Numbered from the stretch's first letter, positions 16,398 to 26,492 are shown. The stretch is DNA of 32,000 nucleotides from Nitrosospira multiformis ATCC 25196 (GCF_000196355.1 NC_007614.1:1140001-1172000); one strand, 5' to 3'. Numbers and translations are program-made. Notes: generated from the letters alone by a model not told the origin.

Positions 16398-16867
16398 GAA
16401 ATCTCCTCCCCTATATGTACCTGCCAGCGAATAAGCTACTGGCCGGGTTGATCCACAGTGATGGGTTCGGCGTAATGAACCTTTAGATCGACAAACGTCG
16501 AGTTGTCCTTGAAAAGCGAGACAAATTCCCGACGCTTATCGTTGCCGGACAGCGCCCCTCTCTATGGCGTCCCCTTGATTATCTCCAGTAAAAATTGGAT
16601 AGCGGATGGCCTAATGACACAGCATCCCCCATTTCATTTCAATTTATAGATGAGGATAAAGAAAAAGCAAATTAGAGGCGGCTAATTTTTATTCCTCCAT
16701 TTACCCTTGATAGCTTGCGTATTATCAGTTGTGAGTGTCTCTCATGAATTTCCTCATTTCTATCCCCCTTCCATCTCCCAAACAGGCCTTTCGGGTTTCA
16801 TACCGTAGGGGTAAATTAATGAAAATATGGACTTGTGCTGCCGGGTCCTCTCTTACGGCTTCTCCGG

Positions 16868-17716
16868 CTAATAAATCTTCCGTTCGAGTTTTGCTTCGTG
16901 CAGTACCGCGGTCGCCAATTCTTCGATGGATTTGCTGGTTGCGTCGAGATAGGGGATGCCCGCGCGGCGCATCAGCTTTTCCGCGCTCTGCACTTCATAC
17001 TCGCAGTTCTTGAGGGAAGCGTACACGCTTTCCGGCTTGCGTTCGCTGCGTATTTCATGGAGCCGCTCCGGGTGAATGGTAAAGCCGAACAACTTGCTTC
17101 GTATATTCCTGATCTGGGCAGGAAGCTCTTCGCGCTGGAAATCCTCGGGAATAAGCGGGTAGTTTGCCGCGTAAATTCCATATTGCAAGGCGAGATAGAG
17201 ACAAGTCGGGGTCTTGCCGGTACGGGAAGCGCCTACCAGGGTAACATCGGCCCGGTTCCAGTTTTTTTGCGACAAGCCATCGTCGTGCTCCAGAGCGTAA
17301 TTTATTGCGTTGATACGCTTCCAGTACCCCGTTGGATCGGAAACGCGATGAGAACGCCCCATGTTTTCCGACGAACGCGCACCCAGCTCAGCTTCCAGTG
17401 GAGCAATAAAAATGCTGAAGCAATCGAGATGCAGAGCGTCGGCAGAATTGATGATAAGCCTGATTTCGGGATTCACCAACGTACTGAACACCAGCGGGCG
17501 GGCCTCGTCCGCGATGTACCGCTCATTGATCGTCCGGACGGCCGAAGTAGCTTTTGCCTTGCTGTCAATATAGGGTAGGGTGATCTCATCCAGGGGAATA
17601 TTTTCGAATTGACTGAGCAGGCTATGCCCCAGCATTTCCACCGTAATCCCGGTACGGTCTGAAAGAAAGAAGGCAGTTCGACGAATCGGTTTGGGGGTAA
17701 TCGGCATGATCGGCAT
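16868..17716 (-). CDS. ppsR: PEP synthase regulatory protein (pyruvate, water dikinase kinase/phosphotransferase; DUF299)
   Basis: 282 aa. It contains [25 protein letters not shown] and the P-loop [16 protein letters not shown]. It is divergent from ppsA, which is the canonical arrangement. Confidence 0.92.
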
Positions 17717-17813
17717 GATTATGAGAAACTATCGATGATTTCCGGGTGGAAATTCCGCTTCAAAATGTAGCACAATTCTTCTTTGGCCAGTATTTGCACA
17801 ATCAGGAGTCAAA

Positions 17814-20201
17814 ATGGACGAGTCGCCCTATATAGCCTGGTTTGACACTTTGCGCATGACGGATGTGAGTCGCGTCGGCGGCAAAAACGCCTCCCTTGGC
17901 GAGATGATCACCCAGCTGACCGGGATGGGAATTCGGGTTCCCGGCGGTTTTGCAACCACTGCCGATGCCTATCGCGATTTCCTGGCTCAGGATGGGCTCG
18001 CACAGCGTATCGAGCAAACCCTCGCTGAACTTGATATAGAAGATGTTCAGGCACTGGCTGCGGCCGGCACACAAATTCGCTCCTGGATAGTGCAAGCATC
18101 GTTTCCACCTCGTCTGGAAAATGAAATTTCTGCTGCTTACGAGAAAATGCTGGGCGAGGCGGAAGGTGAAATTTCGGTAGCGGTGCGTTCTTCGGCCACT
18201 GCCGAAGATCTGGTGGACGCGTCGTTTGCCGGGCAGCAGGAGACTTATCTCAATGTCCAGGGATTGGATAGCCTTCTGAAAGCGGTCAAGGATGTCTTTG
18301 CTTCCCTCTACAACGACCGGGCCATCTCTTATCGTGTGCATAAAGGGTTCATTCATTCCGAAGTCGCGCTTTCGGCCGGAATACAGCGGATGGTGCGCAG
18401 CGACATCAGTGCCGCGGGAGTGATTTTTACACTGGATACCGAATCCGGTTTTGACCAAGTGGTTTTCATCACCGCCTCCTATGGGCTGGGTGAAACCGTT
18501 GTCCAGGGCGCGGTCAATCCCGACGAGTTCTACGTCTACAAACCGGCATTGACACAGGGAAGGCCGGCTATCCTGCGGCGTAACCTGGGCTCGAAACTCA
18601 TCAAGATGCGGTTTGCTGAAGGCCGCGGCGCCGCCCGAGCGGTTGAGACAGTGGATGTGGAAGAGGGGGATCGTAAACGATTCTCCATTAACGATGCAGA
18701 TGTGGAAGAACTGGCCCGTCATGCTCTCGTGATCGAGCGGCATTATCAAAGACCGATGGATATCGAGTGGGGCAAGGATGGTGCGGACGGCAAGCTCTAT
18801 ATTCTGCAGGCCCGGCCGGAGACAGTGCAGGCACACGCCGCGATGGATACATTGCGGCGCTATCGCCTGAAGAGCAAATCCGCGATACTCGTGTCAGGGC
18901 GCGCCATAGGCCAGAAAATAGGGAGCGGCCCTGTTCGCTTGGTTCCCGACGCGCAGGAAATGTCGCGGGTACGCGAGGGTGACGTGCTGGTAACCGATAT
19001 GACCGATCCTGATTGGGAGCCGGTAATGAAACGGGCTGCCGCCATCGTTACCAATCGTGGAGGACGAACCTGCCATGCGGCAATCGTTGCGCGTGAGCTG
19101 GGAATTCCTGCGGTGGTCGGCTGCGGCAATGCCACCGGCTTGTTGACGGAGAATGAGATTGTCACCGTATCCTGCACCGAAGGGGATACCGGCAATATTT
19201 ATCAGGGGAAGCTGGAAGTCGAGGTGACCGACATCGCGCTCGAAAGCATGCCGAAGGCTCCGGTCAAGATCAGTATGAATGTCGGCAATCCCGAGCTTGC
19301 CTTCGGGTTTCAACGCATTCCCAACCATGGAGTGGGGCTGGCGCGGCTTGAGTTCATCATTGCGCGCATGATCGGCCTGCATCCAAAAGCAGTGCTGCAA
19401 TTTGCCAGGCTTCCGCAAGACGTGAAGCAGCAGATCGAGGCCCAAACCAGCGGTTACGCCGATCCAGTCAATTTTTACGTGGAAAAGCTTACCGAGGGAA
19501 TCGCCACCCTGGGCGCAGCCTTTTTTCCAAAACCTGTAATCGTGCGGATGTCCGATTTCAAATCAAATGAATACTCCAGCCTCATCGGCGGCCATGATTA
19601 TGAACCGAGGGAGGAAAACCCGATGCTTGGTTTCCGCGGTGCTTCACGCTACGTAGCGGACGAATTCCGGGATTGTTTCGAGCTGGAATGCCGCGCGCTG
19701 AAGAAAGCGCGCAACGAAATGGGGCTGACCAACCTGGAAATCATGATCCCCTTTGTGCGGACACTGTCCGAGGCCCGACGGGTGGTGGAGCTGCTGGCGG
19801 AAAACGGTTTGAAGCGGGGCGAGAATGGACTGCGTTTGATCATGATGTGCGAGATTCCGTCCAACGCATTGTTGGCGGAACAGTTTCTGGAATATTTTGA
19901 TGGTTTCTCGATCGGGTCCAACGATCTTACTCAACTTACTCTCGGGCTGGACCGTGACTCCAGCCTCGTTGCGGAAGCCTTCGACGAACGCGATCCGGCG
20001 GTAAGAGCGCTTCTGAGGATGGCTATCCAGGCATGCCGTAAAACCGGCAAATATGTGGGAATCTGTGGACAGGGGCCTTCCGACCACCCTGACCTCGCAC
20101 GATGGCTGATGGAAGAGGGCATTGAAACCCTGTCGCTTAATCCCGATACCATCATCGATACCTGGTTATATCTGGTAGAGGAGGCAAAAAAACAGCTATA
20201 G
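17814..20201 (+). CDS. ppsA: Phosphoenolpyruvate synthase (pyruvate, water dikinase)
   Basis: 795 aa. It contains [11 protein letters not shown], the phosphohistidine site [24 protein letters not shown], and the C-terminal PEP-utilising TIM-barrel motif ([14 protein letters not shown]). An AGGAG SD lies upstream. Confidence 0.96.
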   Translation: MDESPYIAWFDTLRMTDVSRVGGKNASLGEMITQLTGMGIRVPGGFATTADAYRDFLAQDGLAQRIEQTLAELDIEDVQALAAAGTQIRSWIVQASFPPRLENEISAAYEKMLGEAEGEISVAVRSSATAEDLVDASFAGQQETYLNVQGLDSLLKAVKDVFASLYNDRAISYRVHKGFIHSEVALSAGIQRMVRSDISAAGVIFTLDTESGFDQVVFITASYGLGETVVQGAVNPDEFYVYKPALTQGRPAILRRNLGSKLIKMRFAEGRGAARAVETVDVEEGDRKRFSINDADVEELARHALVIERHYQRPMDIEWGKDGADGKLYILQARPETVQAHAAMDTLRRYRLKSKSAILVSGRAIGQKIGSGPVRLVPDAQEMSRVREGDVLVTDMTDPDWEPVMKRAAAIVTNRGGRTCHAAIVARELGIPAVVGCGNATGLLTENEIVTVSCTEGDTGNIYQGKLEVEVTDIALESMPKAPVKISMNVGNPELAFGFQRIPNHGVGLARLEFIIARMIGLHPKAVLQFARLPQDVKQQIEAQTSGYADPVNFYVEKLTEGIATLGAAFFPKPVIVRMSDFKSNEYSSLIGGHDYEPREENPMLGFRGASRYVADEFRDCFELECRALKKARNEMGLTNLEIMIPFVRTLSEARRVVELLAENGLKRGENGLRLIMMCEIPSNALLAEQFLEYFDGFSIGSNDLTQLTLGLDRDSSLVAEAFDERDPAVRALLRMAIQACRKTGKYVGICGQGPSDHPDLARWLMEEGIETLSLNPDTIIDTWLYLVEEAKKQL

Positions 20202-20610
20202 TCAAAGAATTCGCCGAGCTCGGCAAGTTTGTCGATCATTTGCCGGACAGCAACTTTCACTTTCATTGTCATAGATTCGACACATCGTTATGAGACCATT
20301 GATGCCGGTGTTAGCATTTACCCCTTATGTAAACACCCTCGGGTCCATCCTCTCCCTTACGACCCAAGCCCAGATATGGTCAGCCCTCCATTCTGGGCTT
20401 TTTCTTTTCCAGGTTGTATGACATTTCATTAATTGCAAAGAGAAGAGGGTGAAAGGAAGCGATAAAAGCGGATCAACTTTCGAGGAGATGAGGGATATGG
20501 GGGGCAGTTTGCACATGCATGTCTGAGCAGGGCATTCGGATTCTCACGCAGGAGCGACAACCGTCGGCAAGATTCATTGCAAAGGGTACTTTTGGAGAAG
20601 GAGATAAGAA

Positions 20611-20790
20611 ATGTCGGTAACCTCGGATGCGAAAAGAATGTTTGTGGAAAATCTGAATGCGTTTGGCGATAAGGAAACCCAGCCGGAAAAATACAATCTT
20701 TATCTCGGCCTTATTTACCTGGTGGCATCGGTGGAGCAGATTCAGCAGGAATTAGAGGAAATCAAGCTGCAAATAGCCAAAAGGAATTAA
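20611..20790 (+). CDS. Small hypothetical protein (59 aa), absent from the ORF track
   Basis: ATG 20611 to TAA 20788-20790 encodes MSVTSDAKRMFVENLNAFGDKETQPEKYNLYLGLIYLVASVEQIQQELEEIKLQIAKRN. A strong SD (GGAGAAGGAGA) ends 6 nt before the ATG. The sequence looks helical and is not low-complexity. I recognise no family. Confidence 0.45.
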   Translation: MSVTSDAKRMFVENLNAFGDKETQPEKYNLYLGLIYLVASVEQIQQELEEIKLQIAKRN

Positions 20791-20958
20791 GGCGACACCT
20801 GCAGGAGTTGAACACTCCCTGTTCCCCATTCACCTTGGTTTTCTCCTCCCATTCGCCCGAGCCCTTCGACGAGCTCAGGAAATGCTTGTCGAAGGGTCAG
20901 TCGGGAAATCACCTTGAAATAGGGGAAACGATCAGAGTGATATCGAAATTATTACAAG

Positions 20959-22116
20959 TCATTCCGGCTTCCGGGAAGGTTGCAAGGCACCTTGATAAGG
21001 TCTTGCATCCACCGGAATATCTATCGTGAAGGTTGTGCCGCGATAAGGTGAGCTATCGACCGCGACACTGCCACCATGGGTTTCCGCAACACTTCGCACA
21101 TACGGCAAGCCAATACCCCAGCCTTCCTTGTTTCCCTTTTTTGCGGCCTCTGCTCTTCCGAATATTTGAAATATACTCTCGATTTGTTCAGGTGGAATGA
21201 ATTCCCCTTCGTTATGCACAGACAGTAGCATGCGCTCGTTTTGTGAAGCAATCTTGATTCGAACAGGCGTATCGGCAGAGCCATATTTCACTGCATTTCC
21301 AATAATATTTTCCACCGCCCGTTTGATTGCCTCCCGGTCCCACCATCCTGTGATAGAAGTGCCGATCAGACGGAAGCGTGCCCCATGAATGGCGGTGAAG
21401 CTGTCGAGTACTTCCTTCATGACTTCCTGTATGTCGAATTCCTTGAGCCGCAGGTGTAATTGTTCTCCCATGTGGAATTTTATCGAGTCGAGCAAATCGC
21501 GAATCATTCCATCCATTCGACTCAGGTTGTTCATGATTCCTTCCGCAAATTCCTTTATCTTGTTCAAATCGGACGTGGATTTGATCAACTGGGCGGCAAG
21601 ATGGGCATTCGATAATGGATTTCTCAGGTCGTGAGCAAGTGTTGCAACAAATCTTTCCTGGAGCGCTGCCTGGGTCAAGGCGAAGGCGTTGACAGCCTCA
21701 CGGATTGATCCATCGATAGAGGCATTGATAATGTAAATTTCACGGTCATTGAGGCGTACGTCATTCATCTTTAGAACATCAAAGATTGTCCACCGCAGTT
21801 GCTGATATTCCGCGATTACCGAGTGCGCGTTATAGCTTGTAAGGCGCGCTCGCTCCCCACCGTGCTCCGCCGCCACCGTAGTACCCTCATTTCCTGTTGC
21901 TCTTGGATAATCAGGCGTAATAGCTTCGGCAAGGTTATCGTACAGGGCGGGAAAGGTATTGATGATTATTGGATTGGGTAAATGCTCGGCTTCCTTGATG
22001 CTGTTTCGAACCCTTTTCATCCATTCCGAAAGTACTTCATCTCGAAGCTCGAGCATTCTTCGAGCGGTTGCGGAAAGTTTCTCAGGATTGATATTTTGGT
22101 CGCTTGCCAGAGTCAT
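20959..22116 (-). CDS. Cytoplasmic sensor histidine kinase (RsbRD-N-like sensor domain + HisKA + HATPase_c), orphan
   Basis: 385 aa with no TM segment. The motifs are H-box ATLAHDLRNPL, N-box ENIIGNAVKYG and G-box GWGIGLPYV. The N-terminal ~150 aa (LELRDEVLSEWMKRV...IINTFPALYDNLAEAI) resemble the RsbRD N-terminal helical sensor. No response regulator is adjacent. Confidence 0.88.
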   Translation of the reverse strand: MTLASDQNINPEKLSATARRMLELRDEVLSEWMKRVRNSIKEAEHLPNPIIINTFPALYDNLAEAITPDYPRATGNEGTTVAAEHGGERARLTSYNAHSVIAEYQQLRWTIFDVLKMNDVRLNDREIYIINASIDGSIREAVNAFALTQAALQERFVATLAHDLRNPLSNAHLAAQLIKSTSDLNKIKEFAEGIMNNLSRMDGMIRDLLDSIKFHMGEQLHLRLKEFDIQEVMKEVLDSFTAIHGARFRLIGTSITGWWDREAIKRAVENIIGNAVKYGSADTPVRIKIASQNERMLLSVHNEGEFIPPEQIESIFQIFGRAEAAKKGNKEGWGIGLPYVRSVAETHGGSVAVDSSPYRGTTFTIDIPVDARPYQGALQPSRKPE

Positions 22117-22685
22117 GATAAACGCCCTTTTTTATTGATGAGGAAAGGAGCAATATGATTTAAGCCTTGGGAAGATAGCCACGAAGAGTTGGTGGGTGAC
22201 GGATCGGAGCATTTAGCAAGTTGGGGAAGTATTACATGTGGGGGGTGTGACTGCAAAGCTTCGGCCCTCGGTCATGTTATTGTTGCGGAGGGGAAGTTAT
22301 TTAGGGTTATGGAATCCAAGCTCCGAACGGGTATAAACCTGAATCAGGCGGGGAAAACCCAGCCTTTTTGTTTTATAGGAACGAAACGATGAGAAGAATA
22401 ATTGAAGCTTTCATACTGGTGGCTGTCATGAGCAGTGAAGTCACCGCCTACGAGGCTTATCCAACATGGAAGACGAGTGGAACCGTAAGCGACAGTTATC
22501 GGAAGTGCAGCGGATCGGGCAGGGTGCAAGGCGCCGCCAGTGGGAAATTGCCGACTGCTTAATGCAACTCGAACGTCAGAACAAAATTGAGCAGAGAGAT
22601 AAGGAATTGCGTTACCACCAGCTGGAAGTGGGGCGGTACAGATCGGAGTGGCGTTAAATCTGCTACCTGAATGTTAAGCAACTGC

Positions 22686-22761
22686 TGGTGCCGACACCAA
22701 GATTCGAACTCGGGACCTTCTGATTACAAATCAGCTGCTCTACCAACTGAGCTATGCCGGC
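22686..22761 (-). tRNA. tRNA-Thr (anticodon UGU)
   Basis: The reverse complement is GCCGGCATAGCTCAGTTGGTAGAGCAGCTGATTTGTAATCAGAAGGTCCCGAGTTCGAATCTTGGTGTCGGCACCA. It folds as a 7-bp acceptor stem (one G-U), D arm GCTC/GAGC, anticodon loop TTTGTAA (UGU), T arm CCGAG/CTTGG with loop TTCGAAT, and an encoded CCA. Confidence 0.95.
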
Positions 22762-22770
22762 GTGGATGCA

Positions 22771-22799
22771 ATTATAGAGACTGGAAAGGAGGGGAGCAA
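22771..22799 (-). promoter_or_regulatory. Candidate sigma70 promoter for tRNA-Thr (TTGCTC-n17-TATAAT)
   Basis: On the minus strand, a perfect TATAAT (plus-strand 22771-22776) ends 9 nt before the first tRNA base. TTGCTC (22794-22799) lies exactly 17 nt upstream of it. Confidence 0.4.
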
Positions 22800-22826
22800 A
22801 CCGCTGATACGGGTGACAGCTCGCCC

Positions 22827-23255
22827 TTACTTGACCACTTGAAGCCGACGGTTCTTGGTTGCCCTGGCAGGGGGCCGATCCGATGAGGATTGGGACTCAT
22901 CGGCTTCTTTTCCGGCAGCCTCATCCTGGGGGGCATCCGGTTCTACCTCGGCTGGAAAAAGCATACCGCGTGCGGTTTCTTTGGCAAATATTCCCTGGAC
23001 TGTCGCCAGGGGGATGGAGATTTCACGCGAGACGCCGGCAAACCGCGCCGAGAACTGTATCACTTCATTTCCAAGCGTAAGGTGGTGAGCAGCATCGTGG
23101 CTTATGTTGAGAATAATCTCGCCATCCTTCACATATTCATCCGGTACGCGGGTGTTGTCATCCACTTTAACCGAGATGTAAGGCGTATAACCGCAATCCG
23201 AGCACCATTCGTAAATGGCGCGAATCAGATAAGGCTTGGTGGAAAGCTCTCTCAT
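22827..23255 (-). CDS. sspB: Stringent starvation protein B (ClpXP specificity-enhancing adaptor)
   Basis: 142 aa. The N-terminus KPYLIRAIYEWCSDCGYTPYISV...ILNISHDAAHHLTLGNEVIQFSARFAG is the conserved SspB fold. An acidic linker and a C-terminal LQVVK-type ClpX-binding tail follow. The start overlaps the sspA stop. Confidence 0.92.
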   Translation of the reverse strand: MRELSTKPYLIRAIYEWCSDCGYTPYISVKVDDNTRVPDEYVKDGEIILNISHDAAHHLTLGNEVIQFSARFAGVSREISIPLATVQGIFAKETARGMLFPAEVEPDAPQDEAAGKEADESQSSSDRPPARATKNRRLQVVK

Positions 23256-23851
23256 TTGCGCATGGCCTTTTCAGAGGCTGTGAGCGCATCGATGAATGCC
23301 GGTCTGCTGAACAGGCGCTCGGCAAATTTCAGCAGGGGCGCGGCTTGCTTGGGTAGCTGGATGCCGTAATGATCGAGCCGCCACAGCAGGGGTGCTATGG
23401 CGACATCGAGCATGGAAAATTCATCCCCCAGCATATGTTTCTGTTTGGCAAAGACAGGGGCGATGAGGGTCAGGTTATCGCGAATCGTTGCGCGCGCTTT
23501 TTCCGCCGCTTTCTGGTTGCCATGCTCCACTGCTTCGAGATGACAGAAAAGTTCCTGTTCAAAGCGGTGCAGAAACAGACGGGCCCGCGCCCGCATCACG
23601 GGGTCCGCGGGCATCAGTTGCGGGTGAGGGAAGCGGTCGTCAATATACTCGTTGATGATATTGGATTCGTACAGGACGAGGTCGCGCTCCACCAGGACGG
23701 GGACGCGACCATACGGGCTCATCACTGCCAGATCTTCAGGCCTGTTATGCAGATCCACATCAATGATCTGAAAATCCATACCCTTTTCGTACAGCACGAT
23801 CCGGCAACGATGGCTGTACGGGCAGGTTGTGGCTGAGTACAAAGTCATCAT
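23252..23851 (-). CDS. sspA: Stringent starvation protein A (GST-like)
   Basis: 199 aa. MTLYSATTCPYSHRCRIVLYEKGMDFQIIDVD...PYGRVPVLVERDLVLYESNIINEYIDDRFPHPQLMP is the typical SspA N-terminal thioredoxin-like domain. It lies downstream of petABC, as in many beta- and gammaproteobacteria. Confidence 0.93.
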   Translation of the reverse strand: MMTLYSATTCPYSHRCRIVLYEKGMDFQIIDVDLHNRPEDLAVMSPYGRVPVLVERDLVLYESNIINEYIDDRFPHPQLMPADPVMRARARLFLHRFEQELFCHLEAVEHGNQKAAEKARATIRDNLTLIAPVFAKQKHMLGDEFSMLDVAIAPLLWRLDHYGIQLPKQAAPLLKFAERLFSRPAFIDALTASEKAMRK

Positions 23852-23906
23852 GACCGGTTAATTCCCAGCAATATCAAGTCGACTGCTTTCTGGATAATGA
23901 TCAATC

Positions 23907-24644
23907 TCAATGAACATCCTTCCAGTATTCCTTCTTGAGGGCATAGGTCAGCACAAGCATGAGGAACAGGAAGAGCATCACGACAATTCCGATCTGCACG
24001 CGCTTGTTGGCTGCGGGTTCACCCAGGTAAACCAGGAAATTCACCAGATCGGCAACGTATGCGTCGTATTCCGTCTTGGAAAGCGACCCCGGTTTCGCGA
24101 GGGTCAATTCCTTTATTTCGTGCTTACCGCCGTGGCCGTCATCCTCTGACTTTACATTGAGGACTTGCTCTCCCTGCAATTCGTACAGCACGTGAGGCAT
24201 GGCGGCCTTGTCGAACACAAGGTTATTCCAGCCGGTTGCAGTGCTGTCATCCCGATAAAATTTCCGCAGATAGGTATAAAGCCAGTCAGGACCGCGCGAA
24301 CGGGCAATGACGGAGAGATCAGGCGGAGTTACTCCGAACCATTGCTTTGCTTCCTTCTTTGGCATTGCCACCGTCATGAGTTCGCCGACTTTCTGACCTG
24401 TGAATATGAGGTTTTCACTGATCTGTGACTCGGTAAGGCCGAGATCGCGCAGCCGGTTATAGCGCATGAATTCCGCGCTGTGACAGGACAGGCAATAATT
24501 GACAAAGGTCTTCGCACCCCGCTGCAGGGAAGTCATGTCCCTCGGCTTGATGGGCGCCGTATCAAGCGGTACTGCCGACTCGCTTGCGAATGCGACAAGC
24601 GGAGCCAGACAAAAAACAAATACGATGCTTTTAAGGTTTCTCAT
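23907..24644 (-). CDS. petC: Cytochrome c1 of the ubiquinol-cytochrome c reductase complex
   Basis: 245 aa with a signal peptide, the heme-binding site CLSCHS, PPDLS, and a C-terminal TM anchor (VQIGIVVMLFLFLMLVLTYAL). Its start overlaps the petB stop by 1 nt. Confidence 0.92.
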   Translation of the reverse strand: MRNLKSIVFVFCLAPLVAFASESAVPLDTAPIKPRDMTSLQRGAKTFVNYCLSCHSAEFMRYNRLRDLGLTESQISENLIFTGQKVGELMTVAMPKKEAKQWFGVTPPDLSVIARSRGPDWLYTYLRKFYRDDSTATGWNNLVFDKAAMPHVLYELQGEQVLNVKSEDDGHGGKHEIKELTLAKPGSLSKTEYDAYVADLVNFLVYLGEPAANKRVQIGIVVMLFLFLMLVLTYALKKEYWKDVH

Positions 24645-25888
24645 TATCTCACCCTGGTCGGTTCAGGCTTGGTTTTATCGATCTTGCTGTACCACGGCAT
24701 GAGAATGAAAAAAGCAAAATAGATTACCGTGAATATCTGCGCGAGCAACGTGTAGAGGGGTGTGGGCGATTTTGTGCCCAGCCAGCCAAGCACAAGGACG
24801 CTGATGACAAAAAGTGTAAGGGCAAACTTGAAAATGGGCCCCTTGTACCGGATGGATTTTACCGGACTGCGATCCAGCCATGGCAGCAAGGCAAAGATTG
24901 CGACGGAGCCGCCCATCAGCACGATGCCCCAGAGCTTGGCATCTATCCAGAGAAAGTTCACTGTCACCGCCCTCAGCATCGAATAGTATGGCGTGAAATA
25001 CCATACTGGGGCGATGTGGTCGGGAGTCTGCAGCGTGTTGGCAGGAATGAAATTATTGTACTCGAGGAAGTATCCGCCCATTTCCGGCATGAAGAATATG
25101 ATGCCGGTAAACACGATCAGGAACACGACGACGCCGAAAATATCCTTTACCGAATAATAGGGGTGGAAGGGAATGCCATCCACGGGGATATGCGTCACGG
25201 GGTCCTTGTTGGCCTTGATCTCGATCCCGTCCGGATTGTTCGAACCTACTTCATGCAGCGCCAGAATATGGACGATCACCAGCACTACCAGCAGGCCGGG
25301 CAGGGTCACCACGTGATAGGCAAAGAAGCGGTTGAGCGCCGCATCCGAGAGCATGAAGTCGCCCAGAATCCAGTTCGACAGCGTCTGGCCGATCACCGGG
25401 ATCGCGCCGATCATGCTGATGATCACCTGCGCGCCCCAGTATGACATCTGCCCCCAGGGGAGGATATAGCCGGTGAATGCCAACATCATGAGGACGAAAA
25501 AGATGCCCATGCCGATGACCCAGAGAAGCTCGCGCGGTTTGCGATAGGAGCCATACATCATCCCGCGGAACATGTGCAGGTAGACGACCACGAAGAACAT
25601 CGAGGCGCCGGTGGAATGCATGTAACGGATAATCCAGCCGTAATTCACGTCACGCATGATATATTCCACCGAGGCGAATGCCATGCTGGCATCCGGCTTG
25701 TAGTTCATCGTGAGGAAAATGCCGGTGAGAAGCTGGTTCACCAGCACGAGCATGGCAAGTGAACCGAAGTAGTACCAGAAATTGAAGTTCTTGGGCGCGT
25801 AGTACTCGCTGAGATGCGCTCTCCAGTTGGCTGTCAATGGAAATCGGGCGTCGATCCAGCCGATCATTGCCTCCAATCGCTTGCTCAT
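24644..25888 (-). CDS. petB: Cytochrome b
   Basis: 414 aa. The sequence NFNFWYYFGSLAMLVLVNQLLTGIFLTM...RYMHSTGASMFF...ILPWGQMSYWGAQV...PEWYF-like VWYFTPYY shows the classic cytochrome b heme-ligand and Qo-site motifs. Confidence 0.96.
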   Translation of the reverse strand: MSKRLEAMIGWIDARFPLTANWRAHLSEYYAPKNFNFWYYFGSLAMLVLVNQLLTGIFLTMNYKPDASMAFASVEYIMRDVNYGWIIRYMHSTGASMFFVVVYLHMFRGMMYGSYRKPRELLWVIGMGIFFVLMMLAFTGYILPWGQMSYWGAQVIISMIGAIPVIGQTLSNWILGDFMLSDAALNRFFAYHVVTLPGLLVVLVIVHILALHEVGSNNPDGIEIKANKDPVTHIPVDGIPFHPYYSVKDIFGVVVFLIVFTGIIFFMPEMGGYFLEYNNFIPANTLQTPDHIAPVWYFTPYYSMLRAVTVNFLWIDAKLWGIVLMGGSVAIFALLPWLDRSPVKSIRYKGPIFKFALTLFVISVLVLGWLGTKSPTPLYTLLAQIFTVIYFAFFILMPWYSKIDKTKPEPTRVR

Positions 25889-25889
25889 T

Positions 25890-26492
25890 TTATGCAGACT
25901 CCTTATCAGACCCGACCAGCAGGCGCGTATCGCTCAAATACATGTGGGGTGGGACAACCAGGTTAGTGGGTGCCGGAACTGCCCTGTACACACGTCCTGC
26001 AAGGTCGAACTTGGAGCCGTGGCATGGACAGAAAAAACCGCCAAGCCAATCGGGGCCGAGGTCGGCGGGTGCAACGTCCTTTCGGAATACCGGGGAGCAG
26101 CCCAGGTGGGTGCAAACCCCTTCGACCACGAGAATGGCGGGCTTGATCGAACGGGTTTCATTCTGGGCGTATTTCGGTTGCTGATCCTTTTCAGATTTGG
26201 GATCCGCAACCTGGTTGTCGAGCTTCGGCAATGTGGCTAACATATCCTGCGTGCGGTTCAGAACCCACACCACCTTGCCGCGCCATTCCACCAGAAGCAG
26301 CATGCCCGGCTCGACCTTGCTGATATCCACCTCGACTGGCGCCCCGGCCGCCTTGGCGCGTTCGCTGGGCATCATACTCATCACGAAAGGAGTCGCTACC
26401 GCAACAGTCGCGATCCCGCCGGCAACAGAAGTTGCGGCCAGGAGAAAACGTCTCCTGCTGTTCATACCTTCTTTTTTTTCAATATCTGCCAT
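25890..26492 (-). CDS. petA: Ubiquinol-cytochrome c reductase Rieske iron-sulfur subunit
   Basis: The track ORF was trimmed to Met47 (ATG 26492-26490). The result reads MADIEKKEGMNSRRRFLLAATSVAGG, with a twin-arginine signal. The Rieske boxes CTHLGC and CPCHGS are present. The 46-codon upstream extension is AT-rich and not protein-like. Confidence 0.93.
   Translation of the reverse strand: MADIEKKEGMNSRRRFLLAATSVAGGIATVAVATPFVMSMMPSERAKAAGAPVEVDISKVEPGMLLLVEWRGKVVWVLNRTQDMLATLPKLDNQVADPKSEKDQQPKYAQNETRSIKPAILVVEGVCTHLGCSPVFRKDVAPADLGPDWLGGFFCPCHGSKFDLAGRVYRAVPAPTNLVVPPHMYLSDTRLLVGSDKESA

Noticed and set aside
16436-16561. A 41-codon minus-strand fragment (RGALSGNDKRREFVSLFKDNSTFVDLKVHYAEPITVDQPGQ*) looks like the C-terminus of a protein.
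   Set aside because: It has no start codon, and an in-frame stop lies immediately upstream. It is too short and I recognise no family. It may be a gene remnant, but I cannot support that.
20213-20224. A GCCGAGCTCGGC palindrome sits right after the ppsA stop and could be a terminator.
   Set aside because: It is a loop-less 12-nt palindrome with no U-tract and cannot form a normal terminator hairpin. More likely it is incidental, since it contains a SacI-like site.
19931-20272. A minus-strand ORF begins [24 protein letters not shown], and its first 25 residues look protein-like.
   Set aside because: After about 25 codons it runs antisense through the ppsA 3' end with junk composition. It has no SD and no recognisable family.
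20788-20820. There is a possible att-like echo of the tRNA-Thr 3' end: ggcgacacc...gttgaacactc against gccgacaccaagattcgaactc.
   Set aside because: Only about 7 contiguous matching bases exist, plus a gapped and weak continuation. No integrase is present. This is too weak to define an island boundary.
22671-22886. A 71-aa plus-strand ORF (MLSNCWCRHQDSNSGPSDYKSAALPTELCRRG...).
   Set aside because: It is the antisense translation of tRNA-Thr; the string SAALPTEL is a classic tRNA-shadow artefact.
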